A stretch of 64,000 bases of DNA from the NCBI GenBank assembly GCA_002788675.1, contig PFRS01000005.1, forward strand, positions 67,731 to 131,730, read 5' to 3'. The DNA comes from Candidatus Pacebacteria bacterium CG_4_9_14_0_2_um_filter_40_15 (GTDB lineage: Bacteria > Patescibacteriota > Microgenomatia > UBA1400 > PJMF01). A program made the translations under genes and the position numbers. The notes beneath the pieces are model-generated. The model did not search any database. It was given only the letters and a program-made list of their open reading frames with translations, and had not been told where the DNA came from. How positions within the stretch are numbered: the first letter of the stretch is position 1; every line of letters begins with the position of its first letter. Below are positions 18,504 to 28,392 of the stretch, one piece after another.

Positions 18504-19322
18504 ATGAGATTTCTTAAACCAGCTGAAATTACCACACTTTACTTGGTTTTTTTGTACGTTTTAGCAGTTTCGCTTAAGGCTTCCCCTGAATTTCTTATGC
18601 ACGAAGCTATTCGCTTCTCACTCATAGGACTTGGATTTTTGGCACCCACACTTGGCTGGCTCAAATTAAAAAAACAGCATATTCAGTGGGATAATATTTT
18701 AATTACTTTCCTTATTTTGCTCATATTAGCAGACCCAACTGCAAATCACATACTTTCGTTTGCTCTTGGTCTAGGAACTTTTGTAATAAAAGAGTTTGTT
18801 CGCATCCAAAGGCACCCTCTCTTTAACCCTGCTGCAGTTAGTTTAAGTATTCTCTACTTCTTTGGCCTAACCACTACTTGGTGGGGAGTCAGTTTTTCAC
18901 CTCGAGTAACTGATTTTCGCATCAGTGCCGCTATGCTTATAACCCTTCCCCTGGGACTCTATATTATTAAACGATATAAAAAGCTCCCTACACTCATTGC
19001 TACTATTGGCAGTTTCTTAATTGGAAGTCTTGCTCTGGGTCAGCCACTGCCTCTCACCATACTTCTTGAAGGCACGTTTGCTTTCTTCCTACTTATCATG
19101 GCTACCGAACCTAAAACCACTCCTGTGGTAGATGCCGAAGAATGGGTATACGGGATACTACTTGGTGCTTCATTGGCAGCTTGGTTCTCGTTTAAATTAC
19201 CACTTCCGTATCTTTTGAACTTACTGATTCTTAATGCTCTGTTTGGTCTGTATAAATTCATCCAAATTAAAAGAGCAACAGCTCCAAAACCTGCTCCCGC
19301 AGTTTCAGCTCAAACTGCATAG
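18504..19322 (+). CDS. RnfD/NqrB-like polytopic membrane protein
   Basis: HPLFNPAA, TTWWG, FFLLIMATEPKTTP motifs; true start at 18498 or 18504, not 18294. Confidence 0.82.
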   Translation: MRFLKPAEITTLYLVFLYVLAVSLKASPEFLMHEAIRFSLIGLGFLAPTLGWLKLKKQHIQWDNILITFLILLILADPTANHILSFALGLGTFVIKEFVRIQRHPLFNPAAVSLSILYFFGLTTTWWGVSFSPRVTDFRISAAMLITLPLGLYIIKRYKKLPTLIATIGSFLIGSLALGQPLPLTILLEGTFAFFLLIMATEPKTTPVVDAEEWVYGILLGASLAAWFSFKLPLPYLLNLLILNALFGLYKFIQIKRATAPKPAPAVSAQTA

Positions 19323-19336
19323 AACAGTCCCATAAC

Positions 19337-19365
19337 TTGCTATTGTGATAACTGTGTGTTACAAT
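19337..19365 (+). promoter_or_regulatory. Sigma70 promoter of the DEAD-box helicase (long 5' UTR)
   Basis: TTGCTA-17 nt-TACAAT with an extended TG. Confidence 0.6.
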
Positions 19366-19493
19366 ACAGCTCTGTTGCTTAGCACAAGCTAAACAACTTG
19401 GTTTAAGCTAGAATCTTTTTTAAGAATTTTTTCAAATATATTTTATTTGCTTCTTGTCTTTAAACTACAGTTAGTACTAAAGAAAGAAGTATT

Positions 19494-20678
19494 ATGCGTC
19501 AACAACGTAATGGTCGTTTTCGACCAACTAACCAAAAACAAAGTAATAGAGGTGGCGGAAGAATTAAGTATTTCGACCCAACTCATGTCATCTTGCAGTC
19601 TCAGACTGCCCCAGCTATTGTTGTGGAAAAAGAAGAGTTTCAAGCAGTGCATCAGTTTAATGACTTTGCCATTGATCAAGAACTCAAAAACAACATTCTA
19701 GAGCGTGGGTATGTTACACCAACACCTATTCAGGATCAAATTATTCCTCATATTCTTGAAGGGAAAGACGTGGTTGGCATTGCCAACACAGGAACAGGCA
19801 AAACTGCCGCCTTCCTTATTCCTCTCATTCATAAAGTGATTCAAAACCCTGAAGAGCGTGCATTAATTATTGCCCCTACAAGAGAACTTGCTGTTCAAAT
19901 TAGAGATGAGCTTAAGCTTTTCTTAGCTGATATGCGAATTTTTTCAACCATCTGTATTGGAGGCTCTTCACTACATCGTCAAATTGAGCACCTCAGACGT
20001 GGTCAAAACTTCGTGATTGGAACTCCAGGAAGAATTAAAGATCTAAATGAGCGAGGAAAACTCCCTTTCAGACAATTTAGTACTATCGTACTTGATGAAG
20101 TGGACAGAATGCTCGATATGGGATTCATCCACGATATTAAACATATTGTTAATTTACTTCCAGAAAACAGATCTTCATTGTTCTTCTCTGCAACTATGAC
20201 CCCAGCCGTTAAAGACGTCATGAAAGACTTCTTACACGACCCAGTGTTTGTTTCAGTTAAGACTCAAGAAACATCGGAAAACATCGCCCAGGATATTGTG
20301 AAAATAAATGGTCGACCAAAAATTGATGTTCTCCATGATCTGCTTGTACAAAGTGATTTCCAAAAGGTATTAATTTTTGGAAGAACTAAACACTCAGCTG
20401 ATAAGCTTGCAAAAGCTCTTAAACAGCGCGGTGTTAGAGTAAATGCCATTCATGGCAACAAGTCACAAAACCAACGCCAACGTGCTCTAGACCAGTTTAA
20501 GGATAACTACGTTCAGGTTCTGATTGCTACCGACGTTGTAGCCCGTGGAGTCGACATTAAAGATGTGTCTCACGTGATTAACTACGACTTTCCTGAATCT
20601 TACGAAAGTTATGTACACCGTATTGGTCGTACCGGTCGCGCTGATGCAAAAGGCATGGCCTTAACTTTTGTTGAGTAA
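19494..20678 (+). CDS. DEAD-box RNA helicase (RhlE-like)
   Basis: PTPIQ, GTGKT, PTRELA, TPGR, DEVD, SAT, ARGVD and HRIGRTGR motifs. Confidence 0.95.
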   Translation: MRQQRNGRFRPTNQKQSNRGGGRIKYFDPTHVILQSQTAPAIVVEKEEFQAVHQFNDFAIDQELKNNILERGYVTPTPIQDQIIPHILEGKDVVGIANTGTGKTAAFLIPLIHKVIQNPEERALIIAPTRELAVQIRDELKLFLADMRIFSTICIGGSSLHRQIEHLRRGQNFVIGTPGRIKDLNERGKLPFRQFSTIVLDEVDRMLDMGFIHDIKHIVNLLPENRSSLFFSATMTPAVKDVMKDFLHDPVFVSVKTQETSENIAQDIVKINGRPKIDVLHDLLVQSDFQKVLIFGRTKHSADKLAKALKQRGVRVNAIHGNKSQNQRQRALDQFKDNYVQVLIATDVVARGVDIKDVSHVINYDFPESYESYVHRIGRTGRADAKGMALTFVE

Positions 20679-20740
20679 TTCATACAAATTTTTGCACATC
20701 AACCCTTACCCCTCTATTGCCTTCCAGGTATAATAGAGGG

Positions 20741-21658
20741 GTGAGAAGAATCTTTTATAAAAACCTCAAACATAAATCAACTAAAATCCTCGACTCATTT
20801 AGAATAGGTGCCTGGATTCATATCGATGAAGCTACTCAAGAAGACCTTGATTTCGCTGTCAGCAGATTTAGCCTTGATGACAATATCTTAGCTGACGCGC
20901 TCGACATGTACGAGGTACCTCGTATTGAACACGATGAAGGCAAAACGTATCTCTTTACTCGCTTCGCATACGGACCAGTTACTGAAGTAAAGACTGCGCC
21001 ATTACTTATTGTGATCGGTTCTGATTTCTTCTTAACTATTACTCCACAAACAATTGCTTCACTTGATACTCTCATTCACTCACGCGAGTTTTATTCTACC
21101 CAAAAAACCAGACTACTCACACAATTACTTTTAACACTTGATACTGATTTTGAGAAATATATCAAACATATTTCCAAAGACATTCATCGAGTTAATGCTC
21201 ATATTGAAAATATTAATAACAAAAGCCTTGTAAGCTTTGTAAACTATGAATACGTATTTAACGAATTTTTACTCGGACTTCGTCCCGATAATAATTCTCT
21301 TGAAAAGCTGCTCACAGGCAAATACGTGCGACTCTTCGAGGATGACAGAGAGCTCATCCAAGATTTATACCTCACCAATGAACAGCTGGTGAACATGTGC
21401 CAGACCAACATTAAGTACCTGGTTAACATCCGGGACTCGTACTCAACAATTACGACAAATAACTTGAACAAAACAATGAAGTTTCTTACTTCAATTACGC
21501 TTATTCTGACCATCCCAACAATGGTCTTTAGTTTTTATGGCATGAATGTGCATCTACCTCTGGAATCTCATCCACTTGCGTTTGGCTTTATTATTGCAGG
21601 TACAGTGATTTTTTCAGTACTTTTGTTGATTTACTTTAATCTGAAAGATTTGCTATAA
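20741..21658 (+). CDS. corA: CorA family Mg2+ transporter
   Basis: YGMNV signature and two C-terminal TM helices; GTG start at 20741. Confidence 0.9.
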   Translation: MRRIFYKNLKHKSTKILDSFRIGAWIHIDEATQEDLDFAVSRFSLDDNILADALDMYEVPRIEHDEGKTYLFTRFAYGPVTEVKTAPLLIVIGSDFFLTITPQTIASLDTLIHSREFYSTQKTRLLTQLLLTLDTDFEKYIKHISKDIHRVNAHIENINNKSLVSFVNYEYVFNEFLLGLRPDNNSLEKLLTGKYVRLFEDDRELIQDLYLTNEQLVNMCQTNIKYLVNIRDSYSTITTNNLNKTMKFLTSITLILTIPTMVFSFYGMNVHLPLESHPLAFGFIIAGTVIFSVLLLIYFNLKDLL

Positions 21659-21665
21659 CACCTAA

Positions 21666-21692
21666 GTCAATACATAAATTTTATGTATTGAC
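21666..21692. promoter_or_regulatory. 13-bp perfect inverted repeat between corA and the response regulator (operator or terminator)
   Basis: GTCAATACATAAA-T-TTTATGTATTGAC. Confidence 0.6.
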
Positions 21693-21712
21693 GCAACAGA
21701 TACACTGGAAAC

Positions 21713-22393
21713 ATGATAAAAAACCATGTTCTAGTCGTTGAAAACGACCCACTGCTCTCCCAATCGCTTAAAAATCACTGTGAATACAAAGGTATCTCTG
21801 CAAACTTCACTTCTCAGATTTCCACTGCAATAGAGTTACTTGAAAAAGAGAAGTTCTCAGTTGTTGTCGTTGATCGAGTTCTCGATGATGGCGACGGTCT
21901 TGAACTCGTTGAATATCTGCGAGATATTGCTCCTCAGATCAAGGTTATGGTGTGTTCTCAACTAGGTTCAGAACGTGAACGTATTTCTGGATTAGAAATA
22001 GGTGCGGACGCATACCTATCTAAACCATTTTCTTTCACTGAATTTTCTCTGATACTTACTAAGCTCATGAACATACATAAACGTATTAATGAAGATAGCT
22101 TGCTAGCAGGGAGTATTGTGCTCTACCCAACATCCGGAATTGTTGAAATCCAAAATACTCGTATTCAATTAAGAAAAAAAGAAGCAGAGCTACTTGCTTG
22201 CTTAATGATTCATAAAAATACTGTTGTCAGTAGAAATGCTCTTATTGAATATGTTTGGGGAATTTCAGATCAAATGCCAAACTATAATACTCTTGATGTG
22301 TATATAAGAAGAATTCGAATGTCCTTTACTAAACAGTATGCAGATAACATCAAAACTGTGCGCAGCTTTGGATACATGCTTAAGTCAATTTAA
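21713..22393 (+). CDS. OmpR/PhoB family response regulator
   Basis: VLVVEND, VVDRVL, GADAYLSKPF receiver motifs and wHTH LDVYIRRIR...IKTVRSFGY. Confidence 0.93.
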   Translation: MIKNHVLVVENDPLLSQSLKNHCEYKGISANFTSQISTAIELLEKEKFSVVVVDRVLDDGDGLELVEYLRDIAPQIKVMVCSQLGSERERISGLEIGADAYLSKPFSFTEFSLILTKLMNIHKRINEDSLLAGSIVLYPTSGIVEIQNTRIQLRKKEAELLACLMIHKNTVVSRNALIEYVWGISDQMPNYNTLDVYIRRIRMSFTKQYADNIKTVRSFGYMLKSI

Positions 22394-23097
22394 TGTGGCA
22401 AATAAAGGCAAACGGATGTACCTACCTGTTTCATACTAGAGAGTGATACCGAACCATCAAAATACTGTTTTATTGTCTTAATACAAAATGGCAACCCAAT
22501 CCCAGTACTTTTTTTCTTATAACTCACCCCATCTAAACAAGATATCCATCGCTCAATGACATTCATACCACGACCATGATCCATTATTGCAATTTTTGTA
22601 CCTGTCGACGCAACTTTCACGGAAATAAAAATGACTTTCTTTTGATGTGACTCATACGCTTCTATAGCATTCTTGAGTAAACAAACTAACACTTCTGAAA
22701 AAAGTATTTTTGAACCAGTACAACAGAGCCCATCGTTTTCCCGATTATCAATTTCAACGGTAATTTCTGCTAAATGAGAAAACATTAAAATACAATTATC
22801 TAGAACTTCTTTAATACAAAATGTCTCATTTTTTGTTTGGCTGAGCGAGTTCATTAATGCATGTAATCTTTGGACAGAAGCTCTCATTCTTTTGAGTGTG
22901 CTAACATTGAGATTCTCTGTATTTTCTAAAAGTAGATCTGTATCTAATAGCAATGATGTAAGAGGTGCTGAACATGCATGATTAAACACAGGAATCGTAA
23001 AAGGAATATCTGATTGAGTATGCACGGTGATTGAGGCCACTGTGTTCCTAAATATGGGCAAGCCTAGTAACCATTCTATACAAAGCTTCATAGTCAT
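22390..23097 (-). CDS. Short histidine kinase with no recognisable sensor or TM domain
   Basis: H-box NHACSAPLT, N-box LLKNAIEA, G1 DHGRGM, G2 STGIGL. Confidence 0.8.
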   Translation of the reverse strand: MTMKLCIEWLLGLPIFRNTVASITVHTQSDIPFTIPVFNHACSAPLTSLLLDTDLLLENTENLNVSTLKRMRASVQRLHALMNSLSQTKNETFCIKEVLDNCILMFSHLAEITVEIDNRENDGLCCTGSKILFSEVLVCLLKNAIEAYESHQKKVIFISVKVASTGTKIAIMDHGRGMNVIERWISCLDGVSYKKKSTGIGLPFCIKTIKQYFDGSVSLSSMKQVGTSVCLYLPH

Positions 23098-23147
23098 TTT
23101 GTACAGCAAAATATACTGTACAAATCTGACATAAACCGTAGCGCCAA

Positions 23148-24701
23148 CTACTTCACTACTTTAGAAATATCCCAAACCACAAGGCAAGGTGCATCATACG
23201 GTCGACAGTACTTAGCAATCACAGGGAAATCAGAAACATCCATCTTAATTCTATCTTCATTGGCCACATACCATACTTGATCAAATGTTTTAGCTCTCGC
23301 TACAAATGCTTCAGGAAACTCCGTAGTTGGGAAACTCACACCCTCAACATAGATCCCCTCCACATTTTTTCGATGTTGATACATTAAAATTGCGTCAGGT
23401 AATGTTCCAAAGCTACCTTCAGTCGCTAAAGCAATGCTCTCAGTCTGGGAAGTATACCAAAGATACTCAGTGAGTTGCCTTGTTCCGTGTCCCGAAGACC
23501 ATCCTTCAAGATATTGGAATCTGTCTTCTTTTACAAACGGAGTAGCATCTGCATTGAACATATTTGGAATGATAAAAGCAAATGACTGAGTAACTAAATT
23601 AGAAACAAGCAGTGCCATGCCAAGTGTTAATCCGACTCTAATAAGCAGCCTCTTTTCGAAGGTTTCAAAGTACTGCACAATACCCCCAAAACTGAGAGCT
23701 ATCGCAACAGTAAAATAAGCAACTGCTGGAAAAAAATATCGAGGATGTACTACTTTTCCAAGTACAATTATGGGCACACAGACCAGTACACCTGCCCAGA
23801 AAAAAATGTGCACTTTCCGCTGTACAGATGTAATAAACATACCAAACAATACAAACAGTAAGGCAGGAAATGTGAGATACCACATAAAGAAGTATGTATA
23901 GTGTGGTATACGAGCAAAGTTATTCCAAATTCGACCCTGTACTATTTCAGAAATCGGATATAAAAAGTCACCGCCTCTGCTAAATAATTGCGAAAAAGAT
24001 GGTGATAATTTTAACAAAGCAAATACAAGCAAACCACTAAAAATTCCACCTGAAAGAATAAGTGCTTTCCGAAAAAGATATTTTTTATCAGCATTTGTAT
24101 CAAGTAAAAGCAATACATATAAGGATGGCAAACTTAACAGTGCTGGGATCTTTGTCAGCATTCCTAAACCAACACCGGCTGCAATCAGCGCTCCCGCATA
24201 GAGTTCACTTCTGTTCATCTTCTTCTGTACATGTTTTTTGACTTGAGAAAGAGTTACTGCTCCATAGATAGATACCGTCACAGTAAGCCCTAACAATGCC
24301 TCTGTAAGCGCCATGCGATGGTGGAAATACCAAAACGGAAGAATGCAGACCAATAATGATCCAAAAAATATAACTGCTTTACTTTTTGTAAGTTTTTTTA
24401 GCAACAAGAAAAAGAGAACAAGCTCAAAATAGCCTATGAGTACCGAAACAAATCGTGCTGCATACAACTTATCGGAAAAAATAAATTGGAATGGGACCAA
24501 TAACCACATAAACAGCGGCGTCTTACCGTCATTTAGTGGAAAAAACAAATACTGTCTCCAGTTATCTATAATCAGCTGACTCCATCTAATATAGATTGCC
24601 TCATCAGCAAAAACAGGTAAGGAGGTGAGTCCCCACAAATGTGTTAGCACATAGAGTAATGACAATCCAAGAAAAAGTAATAATAGGGAATGTTTTTTCA
24701 T
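23148..24701 (-). CDS. GT-C glycosyltransferase (GT39-like)
   Basis: PVFADEAIYIRW and DGKTPLFMW motifs; polytopic. Confidence 0.85.
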   Translation of the reverse strand: MKKHSLLLLFLGLSLLYVLTHLWGLTSLPVFADEAIYIRWSQLIIDNWRQYLFFPLNDGKTPLFMWLLVPFQFIFSDKLYAARFVSVLIGYFELVLFFLLLKKLTKSKAVIFFGSLLVCILPFWYFHHRMALTEALLGLTVTVSIYGAVTLSQVKKHVQKKMNRSELYAGALIAAGVGLGMLTKIPALLSLPSLYVLLLLDTNADKKYLFRKALILSGGIFSGLLVFALLKLSPSFSQLFSRGGDFLYPISEIVQGRIWNNFARIPHYTYFFMWYLTFPALLFVLFGMFITSVQRKVHIFFWAGVLVCVPIIVLGKVVHPRYFFPAVAYFTVAIALSFGGIVQYFETFEKRLLIRVGLTLGMALLVSNLVTQSFAFIIPNMFNADATPFVKEDRFQYLEGWSSGHGTRQLTEYLWYTSQTESIALATEGSFGTLPDAILMYQHRKNVEGIYVEGVSFPTTEFPEAFVARAKTFDQVWYVANEDRIKMDVSDFPVIAKYCRPYDAPCLVVWDISKVVK

Positions 24702-24704
24702 GCG

Positions 24705-26051
24705 TTATTTCCACCAATAGGGCTTCTTTTTATAGAACACCGCATAGTACCCAACCAATGCTACCATCACAGTAAGCCATGTAATCATTTTTTGATGAAG
24801 GAGTACAGATCCTTCAAAGCCGCCTGAATACATCCAAGGACTGTACCGTAGTAATGATGAAACAGAAAGAACGAGCAATACAAACTTCCAAATTTTATTT
24901 TTTATAAATGGAATCCAAACAAACACCCACAATAAGTACCATGGATGAAACTGTTGAGAACGAACAGTGAGGAGTGGAAGAAACAGTAATACAGAAGCGA
25001 CAAAAGGAATGAGTGCAAATACTTTTTCCAACACAAGATTACTACCAAAATTTAAAGCGGACAACATAAATGGATACGAAACTCTCTGAGTAATCTTTTC
25101 AAGTGAAAATAGTTTGAGCGCATGCAAAACCAAGAGTAATAACCAAGGAACTAATAGTACTACTGTAGCAAACTTAATGGTAATTGAAAAAAACAGCAAA
25201 GCAGCGCTAGTAGCAAGCAGTTGTGAAGGTACATACTTTTTTCTAAGAATTGCAAATAACAGACCAAATGATGCCACAGCTGGGGCCATCATCCATAAAT
25301 CATTGTGGCTATTTGAAACAACTTCAATTAAAACCAATGGATTACAAAACACTAAGAAGAGCTCTGGAAGTGAAAGATATTTTCTACGCATCTCCACTGA
25401 AAAATACTGTAAGGCGATATATAAGGCAAGCATGCTAGCAATGCTGAACACTCTAAAACTTAACCACGTTAAAAAGAATTTACCAATGCCTACCATATAG
25501 GGAACAATAGAAAGCGCAGTCCAACCATACCCGTAAGGAGCTGGTGTATGCGTATTATGCATGAATCTGATCCACTTTTCTTGAGGAAAATCTAATGCAA
25601 CTTGCTCATGAGGATTAACCTTATACTCAACAACCATCTTAGCATTAAACATGTAATTAAATACATCATGCGACAGCGCATTATATGAAAATGTAAGCGG
25701 AACCACGAGTAATATAAAAAAAATAAAAGCTTTGCTATACATTCTTGAAAAAATATATTTTAAAGAGAAATGTGTCGTTCTATACAACGCACATTCTTCT
25801 ACTCTCTCAGCAAGAGCCAGACTATCTTTGGAGTGAAATCTTCTATAGATTGCGACATATATAGCAAATCCTGCAACTATTAAAGCTAGATATGCCGTGG
25901 TTAAGACTACTGGGTTCTTAAAAAAAACTTCCCACATATACTGCTGGAAGTTTTGATACCAGGTTGCCTGAAAAAGCACCAGGTTAGGATCTGTGAGTGA
26001 AAAACTGAATACTGAATAGAGTACGCTCCAAAGGATATATAAAATAATCAT
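24705..26051 (-). CDS. GT-C membrane glycosyltransferase (MptA/MptB-like)
   Basis: SHDVFNY, PAPYG..W, NPL...HNDLWM and FHPWY motifs. Confidence 0.72.
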   Translation of the reverse strand: MIILYILWSVLYSVFSFSLTDPNLVLFQATWYQNFQQYMWEVFFKNPVVLTTAYLALIVAGFAIYVAIYRRFHSKDSLALAERVEECALYRTTHFSLKYIFSRMYSKAFIFFILLVVPLTFSYNALSHDVFNYMFNAKMVVEYKVNPHEQVALDFPQEKWIRFMHNTHTPAPYGYGWTALSIVPYMVGIGKFFLTWLSFRVFSIASMLALYIALQYFSVEMRRKYLSLPELFLVFCNPLVLIEVVSNSHNDLWMMAPAVASFGLLFAILRKKYVPSQLLATSAALLFFSITIKFATVVLLVPWLLLLVLHALKLFSLEKITQRVSYPFMLSALNFGSNLVLEKVFALIPFVASVLLFLPLLTVRSQQFHPWYLLWVFVWIPFIKNKIWKFVLLVLSVSSLLRYSPWMYSGGFEGSVLLHQKMITWLTVMVALVGYYAVFYKKKPYWWK

Positions 26052-26806
26052 TACAATTCGTATTTTCCTCGTATGCGAGCAAATCGCATACGTAGTATAT
26101 CTATAAACATTCTAATTGAATCTTTAACAGGGCTCACACGTTCGGTTGAGTTATGGTACCAAGTGATTGGCACTTCTTGAATAGAATACTTAAGTTTATT
26201 GGCTAGATACAAAAGCTCAACATCAAATGCTCCTGTGTATGCATCTTTACGCTCTTTCTGAGATCCATAAATGTATAACTTATTGAAAAGTGTGTCAGTT
26301 GCATCAGCTGAAAAAAGTTTAAAACCGCACTGAGTATCTAAAATGCCTGGGACAGCTAAGATCTGAACTAACAAATTAAAACCTCTGCCCATTAATCGTC
26401 TGTAAAATGGCTCTTCATCTCTTTTCGCACCAACCATTTCTCTGGATCCAAGTATCACAGAAAAGCCTTTTTTAGTGTGTTGAAGCAACTTTTCAACCTC
26501 TGAAATTGGGGTAGACTGATCAAAGTCCGTAAACAACCGCCACTCACCCTTTGCACCTAACATTCCAGCTGTTACTGTGGGTGCTTTACCAGCATGAATA
26601 TTATCAATAACTTTGATTCGATCATCTTTTTTTGCAAAGTCATGAAGCTTTTGCGTTGTTCCATCTTGTGATCCATCATCAGTAAGTATTATTTCCCACT
26701 GATATGATTGTTTTTTTAGATACTCTAAAACAGTGTCTAACACACCTCTTTTTAGGTTTTTCATTTCATTATATGATGGGATTACAACTGATAGGTATGG
26801 TTTCAT
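26051..26806 (-). CDS. GT2 polyprenyl-phosphate glucosyltransferase-like enzyme
   Basis: SVVIPSYNE, DDGSQD, FTDFDQS, DTQCGFKLF and FDVELL motifs. Confidence 0.9.
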   Translation of the reverse strand: MKPYLSVVIPSYNEMKNLKRGVLDTVLEYLKKQSYQWEIILTDDGSQDGTTQKLHDFAKKDDRIKVIDNIHAGKAPTVTAGMLGAKGEWRLFTDFDQSTPISEVEKLLQHTKKGFSVILGSREMVGAKRDEEPFYRRLMGRGFNLLVQILAVPGILDTQCGFKLFSADATDTLFNKLYIYGSQKERKDAYTGAFDVELLYLANKLKYSIQEVPITWYHNSTERVSPVKDSIRMFIDILRMRFARIRGKYEL

Positions 26807-26844
26807 GAATCTATTCTACCTTTTTTCACCTTTTCTTGGTACTG

Positions 26845-28386
26845 CTACTCTGTTTTTTTCAAAACAGTTATTTCTGGACCTCCAGGTATATTAAATACTT
26901 CAGAAGGCTCTTTATTAGGAAAGACTACTATTTCATAGATTGGTGAATCAACTACTTTGTCTATAACTTGATCTTCGTTAATAATAAATAGTGTCTCAAC
27001 CGAACCTCTTTCTTCAGTTAAAACTGGAGGATTCTCTGTAGTAGAAAGGAAATACCGATAATTTTGAGCATCTATGTCGCCAGTTGCTGACAATAAAACA
27101 ATATTGTATTTTTCACCATTGCTCACTCGCTCTGCAATTGCAGCACTGGTTCGCTCAATATCACTCAGTTTCCAACCAGTGTCACCCAACTGCATATTTT
27201 GAATATTGAAACTAAGATAGTAACAAACGAATACGAGTGAGATAATCCCACCAATAAATTTTATTTTTTGTATCTCAACAAGCAATAAAGCCAATACAAA
27301 AAAGGTAACAGGGAACAGATAGGCTACGTAGTGGTCATAAATACTATGCTCATAGACAGCCGTACCAACAATACCCACAAGCAAAAACACAAAAATAATA
27401 GATTCACCAAGGCCGTGTTCACGCTTCTTCATGTGTGATATCAAATAAGCACTACCTACCCCAGCAATAACTAACATAATTTCATTTAAATCTCTGATCT
27501 TGCCAATAGTAATTTCGAATAGTATAAACATTGCTCTTCCATGAGACTCAGATAACGCACGTAAAGCTCTATGTCCTTGACTGGTTGCAACTTTAAAATT
27601 ATCTTCACCAAAAAGTAAATTCATGAATGCTTTTGCATTAAGCCAGTCATGTTTCCAATCAAAAAGCATTAATGGGATTGTTGATGCAGCAAACAAAAAT
27701 ATACTTGCCACTGTTGCCTTAACCATTATAGTCAGCTCTTTTTTATCTTCTTTATCAGTTGATTTTAGCAAGGTAAGATGACGATACAGCCAGATTAAAC
27801 CAAAACTAACTCCTGACAGGAGTGTAATATAATGTAATTGCATTAAGACTGCAAAACATACCGTAACAACCACCCAATACCAGCCACTTTTCTTAAATGC
27901 CCTATATATTGCCCACATCATAATCAAGGCAATAAGCGGAGCAGGATTTGGATTCCAGCTAAATCTGGTATATTGAATCACCGTTGATGAAAAAGTAAAT
28001 AAAGCAGTTGCAACAAGAGCAACTTTCTCACCTACAAGTTCTCTTCCCAACCAATACATACACAATACTGTGAGAACACCAATCGCTGCTACAGCATATA
28101 CAGGACCCATTGGGCTTGGATACGTCAGCCAAAGAAATGGCAACATAAAGTAATAGTAAAGTGGACCAAGATACATGTTTCCCACACTAGTCACCGGACC
28201 TATAAAGACTGGATCTCCAGCAGTGAATATGCGAGACACTAACAGAGCATCCCTACCTTGGTCACCTAGAAACTGAACAGTATCTGCTAAATTATAAAAT
28301 CGTGTAAATACAGCTATAACTATCAGAGCTACCACAAACCATTGTATTTTGGTGAGGTTGCGAATTGTTTTAATAAATAGCTGCAT
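26845..28386 (-). CDS. GT-C glycosyltransferase (GT39/ArnT-like)
   Basis: GDQGRD, GPLYYY and SWNPN motifs; polytopic. Confidence 0.85.
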   Translation of the reverse strand: MQLFIKTIRNLTKIQWFVVALIVIAVFTRFYNLADTVQFLGDQGRDALLVSRIFTAGDPVFIGPVTSVGNMYLGPLYYYFMLPFLWLTYPSPMGPVYAVAAIGVLTVLCMYWLGRELVGEKVALVATALFTFSSTVIQYTRFSWNPNPAPLIALIMMWAIYRAFKKSGWYWVVVTVCFAVLMQLHYITLLSGVSFGLIWLYRHLTLLKSTDKEDKKELTIMVKATVASIFLFAASTIPLMLFDWKHDWLNAKAFMNLLFGEDNFKVATSQGHRALRALSESHGRAMFILFEITIGKIRDLNEIMLVIAGVGSAYLISHMKKREHGLGESIIFVFLLVGIVGTAVYEHSIYDHYVAYLFPVTFFVLALLLVEIQKIKFIGGIISLVFVCYYLSFNIQNMQLGDTGWKLSDIERTSAAIAERVSNGEKYNIVLLSATGDIDAQNYRYFLSTTENPPVLTEERGSVETLFIINEDQVIDKVVDSPIYEIVVFPNKEPSEVFNIPGGPEITVLKKTE

Positions 28387-28392
28387 ATATGA

